From Candidatus Komeilibacteria bacterium (GTDB taxonomy: Bacteria > Patescibacteriota > Patescibacteriia > UBA1558 > JAPLWL01), in the NCBI GenBank assembly GCA_026396635.1, contig JAPLWL010000074.1, forward strand, positions 1,352-39,885: a stretch of DNA of 38,534 nt, given 5' to 3'. Positions 9,577 through 18,961 of the stretch are shown one piece after another (position 1 is the stretch's first letter; each line of letters opens with the position of its first letter). The notes beneath the pieces are model-generated. The model saw only the letters and a list, made by a program, of their open reading frames with translations. It was not told the DNA's origin and ran no database searches. The position numbers were made by a program, and so were the translations under genes.

Positions 9577-10557
9577 TTATATTAGACCAATTTTCTTTTT
9601 TATTTCAGCTAGGTTTTTATCAGCAATTTTAGCTACTCGTTTACCATTATCAGTTAGAGTTTTTAGAACTGCTTTGGGATTTTTAGAGAGCCTTGTTCGC
9701 GCAGCCCAAAATGGTTTTAAGAAATTTACTACACTATCAGCCACGGCGTTTTTAAGTTCAGAATATTTGATTGTTTTGTCGTTATATTGAGTCAGGAGTT
9801 TAGTCTGAACTTTTTTATCACCCAAAAGTTCTAATAAGAAGAAAAGATTTTTTACGCCTTCAGACATTTGACCATCCATTTGTGGTCCGCTATCAGTGAC
9901 AGCCCGACTCACTTTTTGCCTAATTATTTCTTCGGTATCGTTCAAGTACAAACAGTAGGCGTCGCCCAAAGATTTGCTCATTTTTTTGGTGGGCTCATTA
10001 AGCGCCATAATTTTAGCGGCTTTAGTAACATACGGTTTAACTTCGGCAAAAGTAGTCCCATATTTATTGTTGAATTTTTTAACTAAGATATTGGTTAGTT
10101 CCAAATGTTGGACTTGATCTTGGCCAACTGGCACCACTGTGGCGTGATACAAAAGAATATCAGCCGCCATCAACACCGGATAATCAAATAAGCCCACATT
10201 AACATTGTTGGCATTTTTTTGGGCTTTATCTTTATACTGAGTCATGCGCGCCATCTCACCCATCGGCGTTAGAGTATTAAAATACCAAGCTAGTTCAGCA
10301 TGGGCCGGGACGTGTGATTGAATAAATAGTTTTTTTGGGTTTAAGCCCAGAGCAATAATATCCATGGCCACTTCTAAAATTTGCTGGCCATAAGTTTGTG
10401 GATCTTGGCTGATAGTTAGCGCGTGCAGATCAACCACGCAGTACAAACTGTTGTATTTGTCTTGCAAATCAATCCATTGTTTAATAGCGCCCAAGTAATT
10501 ACCCAGATGGATTTTGCCAGTGGGTTGGATGCCGGAAAATAATATTTCTTGTTTCAT
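9577..10557 (-). CDS. trpS: Tryptophan--tRNA ligase
   Basis: A HIGH-type motif (TGKIHLGNYLG) and KMSKS are present, and the 326-aa length is typical of TrpRS. Confidence 0.9.
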   Translation of the reverse strand: MKQEILFSGIQPTGKIHLGNYLGAIKQWIDLQDKYNSLYCVVDLHALTISQDPQTYGQQILEVAMDIIALGLNPKKLFIQSHVPAHAELAWYFNTLTPMGEMARMTQYKDKAQKNANNVNVGLFDYPVLMAADILLYHATVVPVGQDQVQHLELTNILVKKFNNKYGTTFAEVKPYVTKAAKIMALNEPTKKMSKSLGDAYCLYLNDTEEIIRQKVSRAVTDSGPQMDGQMSEGVKNLFFLLELLGDKKVQTKLLTQYNDKTIKYSELKNAVADSVVNFLKPFWAARTRLSKNPKAVLKTLTDNGKRVAKIADKNLAEIKKKIGLI

Positions 10558-10598
10558 AATGGTGGTATTGTAACAGTAATAAGGGATTATTTATAGAC

Positions 10599-10627
10599 TT
10601 GACAATTACCATTTAGTGTTGTATATT
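10599..10627 (+). promoter_or_regulatory. Sigma-70-like promoter TTGACA-17-TATATT
   Basis: An exact -35 consensus with a 17-nt spacer lies about 110 nt upstream of the 10741 gene. Confidence 0.5.
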
Positions 10628-10665
10628 AATTTATTCAATTGTAGTTCTTTAAATTTTGATAATAG

Positions 10666-10710
10666 TTATAGCCCTAAAGGGGCTTATTTTAGGCAATTTT
10701 AGGGCTATAA
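10666..10710 (+). promoter_or_regulatory. 13-bp perfect hairpin in the leader of the 10741 gene
   Basis: ttatagccctaaa pairs with tttagggctataa around a 19-nt loop. Confidence 0.5.
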
Positions 10711-10740
10711 CTAATTCATCCAAACAAAAAGAGAGATATC

Positions 10741-11256
10741 ATGAAAACAATCATGATCATTTTCGCCGTTGCCTTGTTGTTACCGTTTCAGGCAGAGGCT
10801 CAGTTAGACACGACTACTAGCTATAAAGTAGTTGTTGACTATTCGGAGTCAATGGATCGGATGATAGCAAAGGGTTCTTATGAGGGTGTCCATCCATGGA
10901 TTACTCGGAAACATTTTCCTATCATAGGAAGTGGTCGGGAAGAAGCTGAAGTTTTTTTCTTTGTTCTTGCTGATACTGAAGTCTTTGATTTGAATCAAAT
11001 AAGGCGAGACATTGATTCGGCGGGCTGTTTCCCTGTTAATCTGGCGGTATTGTTGGCTCTCGGAGCAACATATCAGCAACTTCAGAAACAGTTTTACATA
11101 TTCTCAATCGCCCAATCATGGGAGGTTGCGGATGGCATGCAGGCTGTAGTCGCCCTGTCCTTCGGCGAGATCGGCCGCAATCTTGATTGTGACGTTCATG
11201 ATGGTTCTTGGATGGACAATCGGCGCATTGCCGTCATCAGAAAGCCCAAAAAATAG
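10741..11256 (+). CDS. Hypothetical secreted protein
   Basis: The N-terminal signal-peptide-like segment is MKTIMIIFAVALLLPFQAEA. GC content is higher than in the core genes. Confidence 0.6.
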   Translation: MKTIMIIFAVALLLPFQAEAQLDTTTSYKVVVDYSESMDRMIAKGSYEGVHPWITRKHFPIIGSGREEAEVFFFVLADTEVFDLNQIRRDIDSAGCFPVNLAVLLALGATYQQLQKQFYIFSIAQSWEVADGMQAVVALSFGEIGRNLDCDVHDGSWMDNRRIAVIRKPKK

Positions 11257-11273
11257 GTTTTCGCAACAACATT

Positions 11274-11314
11274 ATCACGCATTTGCCATCGGGCCGATGC
11301 GTGATTTTGTTTTA
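11274..11314 (+). terminator. Intrinsic terminator
   Basis: A 9-bp stem atcacgcat/atgcgtgat is followed by tttgtttta. Confidence 0.6.
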
Positions 11315-11346
11315 TCAAAAAATCCCCCTGCAATTTCAGGGGGATT
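11315..11346 (-). terminator. Intrinsic terminator downstream of rnj
   Basis: A 10-bp stem aatccccctg/cagggggatt is followed by a T-run on the minus strand. Confidence 0.6.
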
Positions 11347-11356
11347 TCAGGGGTTT

Positions 11357-13059
11357 TTAAACCTCAATAATTACCGGTAAAACCATAGGTCGGCGTTGGG
11401 TTTTTTGGAACAGGAATTTTCCAACTTCATCCCGGATTTTATTTCTAATGTAGGTATCATTGGCGGATGATTTGGCATCATGATCTTTGAGGATTTTTTT
11501 CACCAAAGATCTGGTTTCTTCCACCAGCTTAATATTTTCCTTCATATAGATAAAGCCACGCGAAATTAAATCCGGATTATGGACCAGTTCGCCGGTTTTG
11601 GCGCGGATCGCTGACGATCCCGCAAAACTACTTCAGAAACATCACCAACGCCCAGGCCGTCCACAAAGACGTAATCGGTTGGGACTCGTTTTTCCGTCAA
11701 AATGCCATTGCCTTGACGGTCAAATTCCATCACCTGGCCGTTATCGGTAATAAAGACGCGCTCTCTGGGAATGCCCACGGCCACCGCGTGTTTGGCATTT
11801 TGGTGCAAGAAAGAATGCTGGCCTTCAATTGGAATAAAGTATTTTGGCCGTACTAAATTTAAGAAGAGTTTGATGTCTTCGGTTTTGGCATGACCGCCGG
11901 CGTGAACGTCCATCATTTGATAATGAATAACTTCGGCGCCTTGGCGGAGCAAATTATCTTTTAAGCGCTGAACGCTTCTTTCGTTACCGGGAATAACTGA
12001 AGAAGAGAAAACAATGGTGTCGCCTTTTTCCACTTGAATATATTTATGTTCATGGGTGGCAATTTTCATCAAAGAAGCATTGTCTTCGCCTTGAGCACCA
12101 GTACAAATAATAATCAGTTTTTCCGGAGGAATGTTGTGAATTTCAGTAATGCCAATCAGCGTACCTTTTTTTATTTTAAGGTAGCCAAGCTGCTGGGCAA
12201 TTTCCACATTAGTTCTCATGGAAAAACCTTGAATAGTCACTTTTTTGTTGAACTTTTCAGCGGCCCAGATAATTTGCTGAATACGGCAAAGCAGGGAACC
12301 AAAGGTACCCATAATTAAGCGGCCAGTAGCGTTTCTAACAATGTCTTCCAAATTATGTTCAATCTCAGACTCTGATAATTGGTGGCCGGTTTGGGAAGCG
12401 TTAGTAGAGTCACACATAACGGCTAAGACACTACCTTCGCCTAAGCGGGCCATTTTGGAAATTTCTACCGGCGTATCGCCACGGGAGTCTAAGTCAATTT
12501 TAAAGTCGCCGGTGTGAACTACAATACCGCAAGGCGTATGGACAATTAAGCCCATGCTGGTGGGGATGTTGTGGCTAACGCCAAAGAATTCCACTTCAAA
12601 AGTGCCTAAACGGATTTTGTCATTTAACCTAACCTGCTTAAGATTTAATTTTAGGCCGCTCTGTTTGTAGTCATCTTGCCGTTTATTAACAATGGCCAAG
12701 GTTAAATCAGAGCTGAAAATTGGCGGATTGCCCAATTTAGCCATTAAGTGGGGGATGCCCCCAATATGGTCTAAGTGACCATGAGTAATGATTACGCCGC
12801 GGATATTTTTTTCTTTACCCTTGAGGTAGTCGGTATTGGGAATGATGTAATCAATCCCGGGCATGTCTTCTTCCGGAAACTGCAAACCCATATCAATAAT
12901 AATGATATCGTTGCCGTATTCCAGCACGGACATGTTGCGGCCAATTTCTTCATTACCGCCTAGGACAATAATTTTTAGTTTGTCCTCGGTAATACGGCCG
13001 CTGGGCGGACGCCGTCGCATAAAGACGGACGGTTTCCGCATTGGTTTTTTGTCGATCAT
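11357..13059 (-). pseudogene. rnj: Ribonuclease J, interrupted by a frameshift and short internal deletion near 11600-11615
   Basis: The 497-aa ORF carries the metallo-beta-lactamase HGHLDHIGG motif and a beta-CASP region. After VVLRDRQ the frame is lost. A different frame then reads [23 protein letters not shown] and continues as the 62-aa ORF that ends RRPMVLPVIIEV, the normal RNase J C-terminus. Confidence 0.8.
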
Positions 13060-13361
13060 AGAGATCCTTTCTTTACCACTGTAACAGACAGTGGTGTCTT
13101 AAATGAATAAAAGAGATAAATTCCGCTTAAAATTAAGCGAAGTAAATTCAATTTTTAATTAGTAACTGAATTCAACCGTCAAGCTAATTTCTGTTAGAGA
13201 AAGTAGATTAACGGTCAAATTCAAAATTTGTTGGTGCCGCCCGCTTCGCCTTGCGGCTAAGCGAGGCGAGGAGACCCCGACGAAATCTCACTGTGTTCGA
13301 TTTGTCGGGGCAGGGAGGACTTGAAGCGATATTTTAAGTCAGCTGAATTATTTAAATTGTT

Positions 13362-13448
13362 TGGTGCCGCGGAAAGGAATTGAACCTTCACGGGGTTGCC
13401 CCCACTAGAACCTGAATCTAGCGCGTCTGCCAGTTTCGCCACCGCGGC
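13362..13448 (-). tRNA. tRNA-Leu (anticodon CAG), class II with long variable arm, CCA encoded
   Basis: The reverse complement folds by hand as GCCGCGG / D arm / CTAGA-TTCAGGT-TCTAG / long variable arm / GAAGG-TTCAATT-CCTTT / CCGCGGC-A-CCA. Confidence 0.85.
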
Positions 13449-13493
13449 CAAAGGTTATGATATCAAAGTATTTATTTTTGTTATTTTAGATTG

Positions 13494-13625
13494 TCTAGCG
13501 CGTCTGCCCCGTAAAGGCGCGAAGCGACTTGTACGGGGTTATGCCCCTGCCTGCCGGCAGGAATTTCACCCCGCCCGCCATCGCAAGACTGAGCTTGCTC
13601 AGGCGTTGCGGGCGGGCACTCCGGC
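13494..13625. repeat. Cluster of GC-rich palindromes starting with a 15-nt duplicate of a tRNA-Leu internal segment
   Basis: tctagcgcgtctgcc (13494-13508) repeats 13417-13431 exactly. It is followed by the hairpins ccccgta/tacgggg, cctgcc/ggcagg and cccgcccgc/gcgggcggg. Confidence 0.6.
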
Positions 13626-13635
13626 TTAAAAGTTT

Positions 13636-15423
13636 TTAGTTTGGTTTGGTCCAGGAAAATTTCCTGGAGGTTTGAATATACCAATCAGTGAGGCGGCTTA
13701 AACGATCTGAATTGGTTAAAATTCTCCTGGTAGTAAAGCCCTGAATCCGTTGGCTTAACGGGTAAAGCTGAATGGGATTATAAAGGAAAATAGCTGGCAT
13801 TTCTTCGGCAATTAGCTCTTGAAAGCGTTGATAGCGTGGACCATTGCCCGGATCATTGGGATTGTCATGGATTTTTTCTAAGAGCCCATCGGCCTCTTTA
13901 TTTTGCCAACTGGTTAAGTTGCGGCCCGGATCTTTGCTGAAAGAAGAATGCCAAAAGGGCATGGGGTCGGATTTAATCATTTCCCCAAAGAGCAGCATTT
14001 CATAATTACGTGGAGAAATAACTGTATTGAAAATCTGGTCTTTAGGAATGATTTGTAAATTAACCTTTAAGCCTAATTTTTGCCAGCTGTCTTTAATAAT
14101 TTCGGCGGTCTGCTTATATTCCGGCTTGTCATTAGTGGTTAAAGTCAGTTCAGCCACAGTTTTATTTTTAGCCAGTAGTCCTTGGTCATTTTTAGTCCAG
14201 CCTAAGGTGGCTAAAGTTTGGGCGGCATTATCAATGGAAAAAGAATAGGTTGATAAATTAGGATTATAACCGCTGTTATTGGGTAGGATGGGGGTGTTAA
14301 TGATTAAGCCTTTGCCGGCTAAGGTTTGGTCAACAATTTGTTGCCGGTCAACGGCCTGAGCCAGAGCTTGGCGGAATTTTTTATCTTGCAAGAGAGCATT
14401 CTTTTTACCATTAAAGAAGATGGCCGTGTATTGGGGTAGAGACAAAGAATACAAGCGAACATTTTTGTTGTTTTCAACTTCTTTTTGCCAGTCAGCCGGA
14501 ACCAAGCTCAAGCCTTCCACATTTTGGTTTTTTAAAGCCGTGACGGCGGTTTCCCAATCTGGATAAAATTTAAAGGTCAGTTCGGTCAGGTAAGCAGGAG
14601 TTAAGTGGTAATTGGGATTTCTGGCTAGGACAATATTACGAATAGCGCCATTTTTATCTTTGGTTAAACTTTTAAATTGAAATGGCCCGGTGCCAATTGG
14701 TTTGCGGTTTAACTCGGTGAGTAGTAAGCTGGCCGGATTAATAGTTAGCCATAAGTGTTGAGGCAAGATGCCAAAGGTCAGATTGTTGGTTAAATTGGCC
14801 TGAGCCTCAGTCAAAGTTATTTTAATGGCGTAATCATTTATTTTTTCAAAGGCCATTCCTTTTAAAAGATTCTTGAGTGGGGTGATCCAATCTGAACCTT
14901 GGATGGCTTCAGTGGTGAAAAGAACATCATCCGCAGTAAATTTTTTGCCATCATGCCACAAAGCATTTTTTCTTAGTTGAATGGTATAGACTTTATTATC
15001 CGGACTAACTTGAAAACTCTCGGCTAAATTTGGATCACTAGCGCCATTGTTATTAGTTTTGAATAAACCGTCAAAGATCAGCGGGGTAAGATCTTGGTCA
15101 ACCTCATTGCCGGCCAGCAGTAGCGGGTTGAGGTATTGAGGACCGCCAATCAAGCCTTCGGTATATTGACCGCCAACTTTAGGTACGAGTAGGGCGTGGC
15201 TGAAGTAGAAAGCTAGAATAAGGCCGGCGATGGCCGCGACGCCGATTAAGCTAAGAATTTTAATGGTTAGCCGTTCAGTGGCGGACAGTAAATTAGGCAA
15301 TGCCCGAACCTGGGCCAGGTTAGGCCATTTTTTATTAGTAAGTTGAGAGAGTAATTTTTGATCAGCGCTAGAACTAGAATCCTCTAAGCTGTCCGGTTGA
15401 GATTTCCGGTTAAAAAATGACAT
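13636..15423 (-). CDS. ABC transporter substrate-binding protein, family 5 (peptide/nickel type), N-terminally membrane anchored
   Basis: A 595-aa ORF with one N-terminal transmembrane helix. Its length and overall pattern match the OppA/DppA family as I recall it. Confidence 0.65.
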   Translation of the reverse strand: MSFFNRKSQPDSLEDSSSSADQKLLSQLTNKKWPNLAQVRALPNLLSATERLTIKILSLIGVAAIAGLILAFYFSHALLVPKVGGQYTEGLIGGPQYLNPLLLAGNEVDQDLTPLIFDGLFKTNNNGASDPNLAESFQVSPDNKVYTIQLRKNALWHDGKKFTADDVLFTTEAIQGSDWITPLKNLLKGMAFEKINDYAIKITLTEAQANLTNNLTFGILPQHLWLTINPASLLLTELNRKPIGTGPFQFKSLTKDKNGAIRNIVLARNPNYHLTPAYLTELTFKFYPDWETAVTALKNQNVEGLSLVPADWQKEVENNKNVRLYSLSLPQYTAIFFNGKKNALLQDKKFRQALAQAVDRQQIVDQTLAGKGLIINTPILPNNSGYNPNLSTYSFSIDNAAQTLATLGWTKNDQGLLAKNKTVAELTLTTNDKPEYKQTAEIIKDSWQKLGLKVNLQIIPKDQIFNTVISPRNYEMLLFGEMIKSDPMPFWHSSFSKDPGRNLTSWQNKEADGLLEKIHDNPNDPGNGPRYQRFQELIAEEMPAIFLYNPIQLYPLSQRIQGFTTRRILTNSDRLSRLTDWYIQTSRKFSWTKPN

Positions 15424-15465
15424 GATAATTACCTAAGAAATTGTAGTAAACCGCAAAACGGTTTT

Positions 15466-15684
15466 TTAAGAGACAAAAATTGAGACAATGGCGCTAACAC
15501 AAAAAATAATTGCCAGAACAATAGTGCTAATAAAAATTACTTGTTCAGCGCCGCGTTTGGTTCGGTAGACATTACCGCTGCCGCCAAAGACGCTGCCTAG
15601 TCCGCTGCCACGATTTTGGAATAAAATAGCCAGAATAAGTAAGATGCTAGCAATAGCTTGCACCCAATAGAGGAGTTGTTTCAT
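15466..15684 (-). CDS. secG: Preprotein translocase subunit SecG
   Basis: A 72-aa protein with two transmembrane helices flanking the Gly-rich loop FQNRGSGLGSVFGGSG. Confidence 0.75.
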   Translation of the reverse strand: MKQLLYWVQAIASILLILAILFQNRGSGLGSVFGGSGNVYRTKRGAEQVIFISTIVLAIIFCVSAIVSIFVS

Positions 15685-15765
15685 AGTAGGATTAGTATAG
15701 CAGGAATTGAAAAAAAGTCAACCCCTTGAAACTTTACTGATGTCAGTAATGAGCGCTCGGCTCAA

Positions 15766-16119
15766 TTATTTCAAGGGGTTACTTTTGATGCGAAGGTTTG
15801 ACCAAACAAAAGCGCCGATGAACATGGCCACGGATAAGTAGGGTTGCCAGGGGCATTGGTCGGTTAAGCTTAGTCGTTGATTAAAAGTAAGGAACATGAT
15901 GGCTAAGATGATGCTGATGACGGCGGCAAAATTTCTACCACCGCTTTGATCAGACTGTTCGCTGCCACTAATAACGAACAGTAGGGCTAGATAGCCAGAG
16001 ATTAGCAGTCCGGCCGCCAAGCCAATTAAGCAATTCACGGCAAATTCCTTTAGTATTTTGTCCGCCTTGACTCGTCCGTCAGGCGAGGGCATCTTATTAA
16101 AGAGCGTTGATTTTGTCAA
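15766..16119 (-). CDS. Hypothetical membrane protein
   Basis: A 117-aa hydrophobic ORF. A long-range stem aaccccttgaaa/tttcaaggggtt plus a T-run follows its stop codon on the minus strand. Confidence 0.5.
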   Translation of the reverse strand: MTKSTLFNKMPSPDGRVKADKILKEFAVNCLIGLAAGLLISGYLALLFVISGSEQSDQSGGRNFAAVISIILAIMFLTFNQRLSLTDQCPWQPYLSVAMFIGAFVWSNLRIKSNPLK

Positions 16120-16162
16120 ATAAGATCTGGCTTTTTTAAAACTAACTTGTTATGCTATTAAT

Positions 16163-16555
16163 ATGAAACGTTGGCTGCGAGATATTATTACTTTGCGCTA
16201 CTTAGCTGGTTTTTGGGGTTGGCTGACAATTTTTTTGTTTGTGGCCGATTTTATTAAAAGTGATCAATATAAAATTATTGTTACCAGTGCGGCGGTTATC
16301 TATGCCACTATCTTAGCCATGTACGCCGGCTCTAAAGAATATCAAAGATGGAGTAGACATCATATTTTTGAATCGCGTTATTTTGGTGAAGTTTATGTGG
16401 TAGCTTGGACTTTGGTGATGGCGGCTTTTGTTTTGATTGCCGCTTTTTCCGGAAATAAATATCGGGTGCCGGGTGAATTTCCGGCTACCTATTTAATGGT
16501 GGTGAGTATTTTTATTTTGTCCCGAGAATCAAAAGTCCTGCAAAAGAGAGGTTAG
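16163..16555 (+). CDS. Hypothetical membrane protein
   Basis: A 130-aa ORF with four hydrophobic segments. Confidence 0.5.
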   Translation: MKRWLRDIITLRYLAGFWGWLTIFLFVADFIKSDQYKIIVTSAAVIYATILAMYAGSKEYQRWSRHHIFESRYFGEVYVVAWTLVMAAFVLIAAFSGNKYRVPGEFPATYLMVVSIFILSRESKVLQKRG

Positions 16556-16556
16556 T

Positions 16557-16871
16557 TTAAAATTTGGGATGCCATTGATATTTTTTTAAATCAATCCAGT
16601 AATTGCCGTCTCGGAAGGTTATAGCAACGCCTTCTTTTTTTAATAAGTTGGCTTGTAAAGATTTGGGGCAGTTTAAATTTTCAATAGAAATCATGCCGTG
16701 GGAGTTGATGACTCGTTGCCAAGGAAGGCCGGGCGGCAGTAATCGTAGAGCAAAGCCAACTACTCGGGCGGCCCGGGGCGTGGAAATGAGCCCGGCAATT
16801 TGGCTATAGGTAGCCACTTTGCCCTTAGGTATTTTTTTCACCATTTGATATACTTGTTGGTAGAAGTTCAT
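16557..16871 (-). CDS. Alkyltransferase-like (ATL) / MGMT-family DNA-binding protein lacking the acceptor cysteine
   Basis: KIPKGKVATYSQIAGL is followed by PWQRV where O6-methylguanine methyltransferases carry PCHRV. Confidence 0.7.
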   Translation of the reverse strand: MNFYQQVYQMVKKIPKGKVATYSQIAGLISTPRAARVVGFALRLLPPGLPWQRVINSHGMISIENLNCPKSLQANLLKKEGVAITFRDGNYWIDLKKYQWHPKF

Positions 16872-16905
16872 ATAATGTCATCACTCATCATTTATTAATT
16901 TTATT

Positions 16906-17430
16906 ATGTTTTTTGAACAGCAATTGGTGATTAATTGGTCGGTCTTGGCGGTGTTGGTAATTGTTGCTTTTTGGGTTCATAGAAAATTAGCTGGTCATCA
17001 GGATCGGTTTAAGTTTTTTGGCCATAAAAGTGAAGCAATGTTTGATCTCTGGTCTGTCCAGCATTTTCTTTCCGGAATTATTGTGGTTTGGTTGATTTTT
17101 CAAAAAGGACCTTGGACTGGATTTATTGATAAATTTGGTTGGCTGTTAGCAGTTTGTTTTATTGCTTATTTGTGGGAGTTTATTGAAATTTTTATGGAAG
17201 CTGGATATTTTGGTAAAACAATAGCCATTTGGAAAGATGGTTTTGAACATTGGTCTAACCGGTTTATTAGCGATCCATTGACTGCGGTTTTGGGAGGAAT
17301 AGTTTATATTGAATTTACCTGGATTATTTGGCCAGCCTTGGTTTTAAATATTCTGTGGTTTATTTTGAATGTACGGCGTAAACATAGCATGGAAATTCAA
17401 GAGAAATTTATTCAATTATTTCAGCGTTAG
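16906..17430 (+). CDS. Hypothetical membrane protein
   Basis: A 174-aa ORF that is Trp-rich and hydrophobic. Confidence 0.5.
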   Translation: MFFEQQLVINWSVLAVLVIVAFWVHRKLAGHQDRFKFFGHKSEAMFDLWSVQHFLSGIIVVWLIFQKGPWTGFIDKFGWLLAVCFIAYLWEFIEIFMEAGYFGKTIAIWKDGFEHWSNRFISDPLTAVLGGIVYIEFTWIIWPALVLNILWFILNVRRKHSMEIQEKFIQLFQR

Positions 17431-17433
17431 TTT

Positions 17434-17838
17434 TTATTTGGCCAAGACGGCCTTGCGCCGTTTTTTTTGGTGAAAGGTAATGCCAAAGCGATGGGCTTCA
17501 TCACGGAGATACTGTAGTAATTGTAAGGCTGGGTCATGGCGGGATAGCCGCAAAGGCGCAGCTTGAAATAAGGTGTAAATTTCTTCTGCTTGTTTGGCTA
17601 AAGAAATTAGTAGGACATTTTTAAAAGCAAAATTTTTTTGTACAGCCTGGGCAGCAGCGTGAAGTTGGGCTGGACCACCATCAATCATGATGATATCTGG
17701 TTTGGCCCAAGCAATATTTCGTAATCGACGTTTAACTATCTCATTAATCATGGCCGGATCATTGGCGCCCGAAACAGTTTTAATAATAAATTTGCGGTAT
17801 TCTTTTTTATCTGGCAAACCTTGAGTAAAAACCGTCAT
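17434..17838 (-). CDS. uvrC: UvrC C-terminal (RNase H-like endonuclease) fragment, no helix-hairpin-helix (HhH)2 tail
   Basis: KKEYRKFIIKT, IIMIDGGPAQL and LRDEAHRFGITFH match the UvrC C-terminal nuclease domain. The start codon overlaps the upstream ORF's stop as ATGA. Confidence 0.75.
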   Translation of the reverse strand: MTVFTQGLPDKKEYRKFIIKTVSGANDPAMINEIVKRRLRNIAWAKPDIIMIDGGPAQLHAAAQAVQKNFAFKNVLLISLAKQAEEIYTLFQAAPLRLSRHDPALQLLQYLRDEAHRFGITFHQKKRRKAVLAK

Positions 17839-18932
17839 AGCACCGACCGCAGTTTTGCCCAGGCTAAGGAGTGGCGTTCAGCCGTGATTAATTGGTTTAA
17901 CTGCCAAGTGGCATTTTTTTGCGCCAGTGCTAAAATGTCTTTTTTCTGGCCGCGGGTTGGAATGATAATTTTTTTGATTTGATCCAAGGGCGGGATGTTT
18001 TGCAAAACAGCCAAGCGATTAGCTGGTAGGGAATTAGGCTCTACTAGGAGTTGTTTTGGTAGATCGGTACTTTTGGTGTAATAAGTAATTAAGAAATTTT
18101 CTATAATTTCTCCGGCGGTTAGATCGGCGGTTTTGGTCAAGTTAAAGTTTTGGGTAAAAAGCATTTTGCCATGACGCAGTTTGATTAAATGGATAATAGC
18201 TTGGTTGTCACTCGTGGCCAAGGCCAAAAAATCCAGGGGCAAGGTGTCTTTAATAATAATTTTTTGATGTTCGGAATAACTTTGAAAAGCTTGCAGACGG
18301 TTGCGCCAAATAGTGGCGGCTTCGTATTTTTTAGCCGCGCTGGCAGTTTTCATTTCTTTAGTTAGCCAGGCTAAAGTGGTTTTATTATCGCCCTGAAAAA
18401 TGTTTTGAACTTTTTTAATCATGGTTTGCCAATCGTTCATAGAAACCAACTCTTTTTTGTAAAAGGGCAGCCGGTTGTCTATTTGTGGAAATAATTTTTT
18501 TAGCAGCCGGGTAATGTAAGGTAAATTTTTGGTTTCAGTAAATGGGCCATAATAAAAATTGCCGTCGTTAATCAGCTTGCGGGTAGTAAAAAGTTTGATC
18601 TTGGGCGGCCGGGTAATTTTTAAATAAGCAAAATTGCTATTATCTTTTAAATCAATATTAAAAGGCGGTTGATTTTGTTTTATTAAGTTAGCCTCTAAAA
18701 TCAGGGCTTCGGTTTCATTATCAACTTGAGTAGTTTCTATTTTAACAACTTGGTTAATCATGATTTGCTTATCCGGCGCCAGACGTTCCAGATTATTCCA
18801 GTAAGAGTGGACTCGCTTAAATAAATCTTTGGCTTTACCAATATATAAAAGCTTGCCGGCATTATTATAAAAGCGGTAAATACCGGGTTGGTGGGGAAGG
18901 ACTGCTAATTGTTTGGAAATATCTTTTATCAT
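17835..18932 (-). CDS. uvrC: UvrC N-terminal part (GIY-YIG nuclease and UvrB-interaction region)
   Basis: PGIYRFYNNAGKLLYIGKAKDLFKRVHSYW is the UvrC GIY-YIG motif. The likely start is the Met at 18932 (MIKDISKQL) rather than the track start at 19085. Confidence 0.8.
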   Translation of the reverse strand: MIKDISKQLAVLPHQPGIYRFYNNAGKLLYIGKAKDLFKRVHSYWNNLERLAPDKQIMINQVVKIETTQVDNETEALILEANLIKQNQPPFNIDLKDNSNFAYLKITRPPKIKLFTTRKLINDGNFYYGPFTETKNLPYITRLLKKLFPQIDNRLPFYKKELVSMNDWQTMIKKVQNIFQGDNKTTLAWLTKEMKTASAAKKYEAATIWRNRLQAFQSYSEHQKIIIKDTLPLDFLALATSDNQAIIHLIKLRHGKMLFTQNFNLTKTADLTAGEIIENFLITYYTKSTDLPKQLLVEPNSLPANRLAVLQNIPPLDQIKKIIIPTRGQKKDILALAQKNATWQLNQLITAERHSLAWAKLRSVL

Positions 18933-18961
18933 AGGGCTATAGTAACATATTGGCTTTTTTA

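Noticed and set aside
13231-13245. tRNA 3'-end-like string ttggtgccgc about 130 nt downstream of tRNA-Leu(CAG), as a possible att-site duplicate
   Set aside because: Only about 10-13 nt are similar and no T arm follows. The segment is otherwise a GC-rich palindrome.
13257-13684. ORFs of 64, 77 and 67 aa around the tRNA-Leu(CAG) locus
   Set aside because: They are translations of the tRNA gene and of GC-rich palindromic repeats. They have no start context and overlap one another.
17835-17900. TGA read as a sense codon (genetic code 4 or 25) to explain the uvrC split
   Set aside because: An in-frame TGA lies upstream of LSLGKTAVGAMTVF in the C-terminal frame. Reading through it does not restore the conserved IExFDxS motif. 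The other genes in the window form long ORFs under the standard code, and some appear to terminate with TGA.
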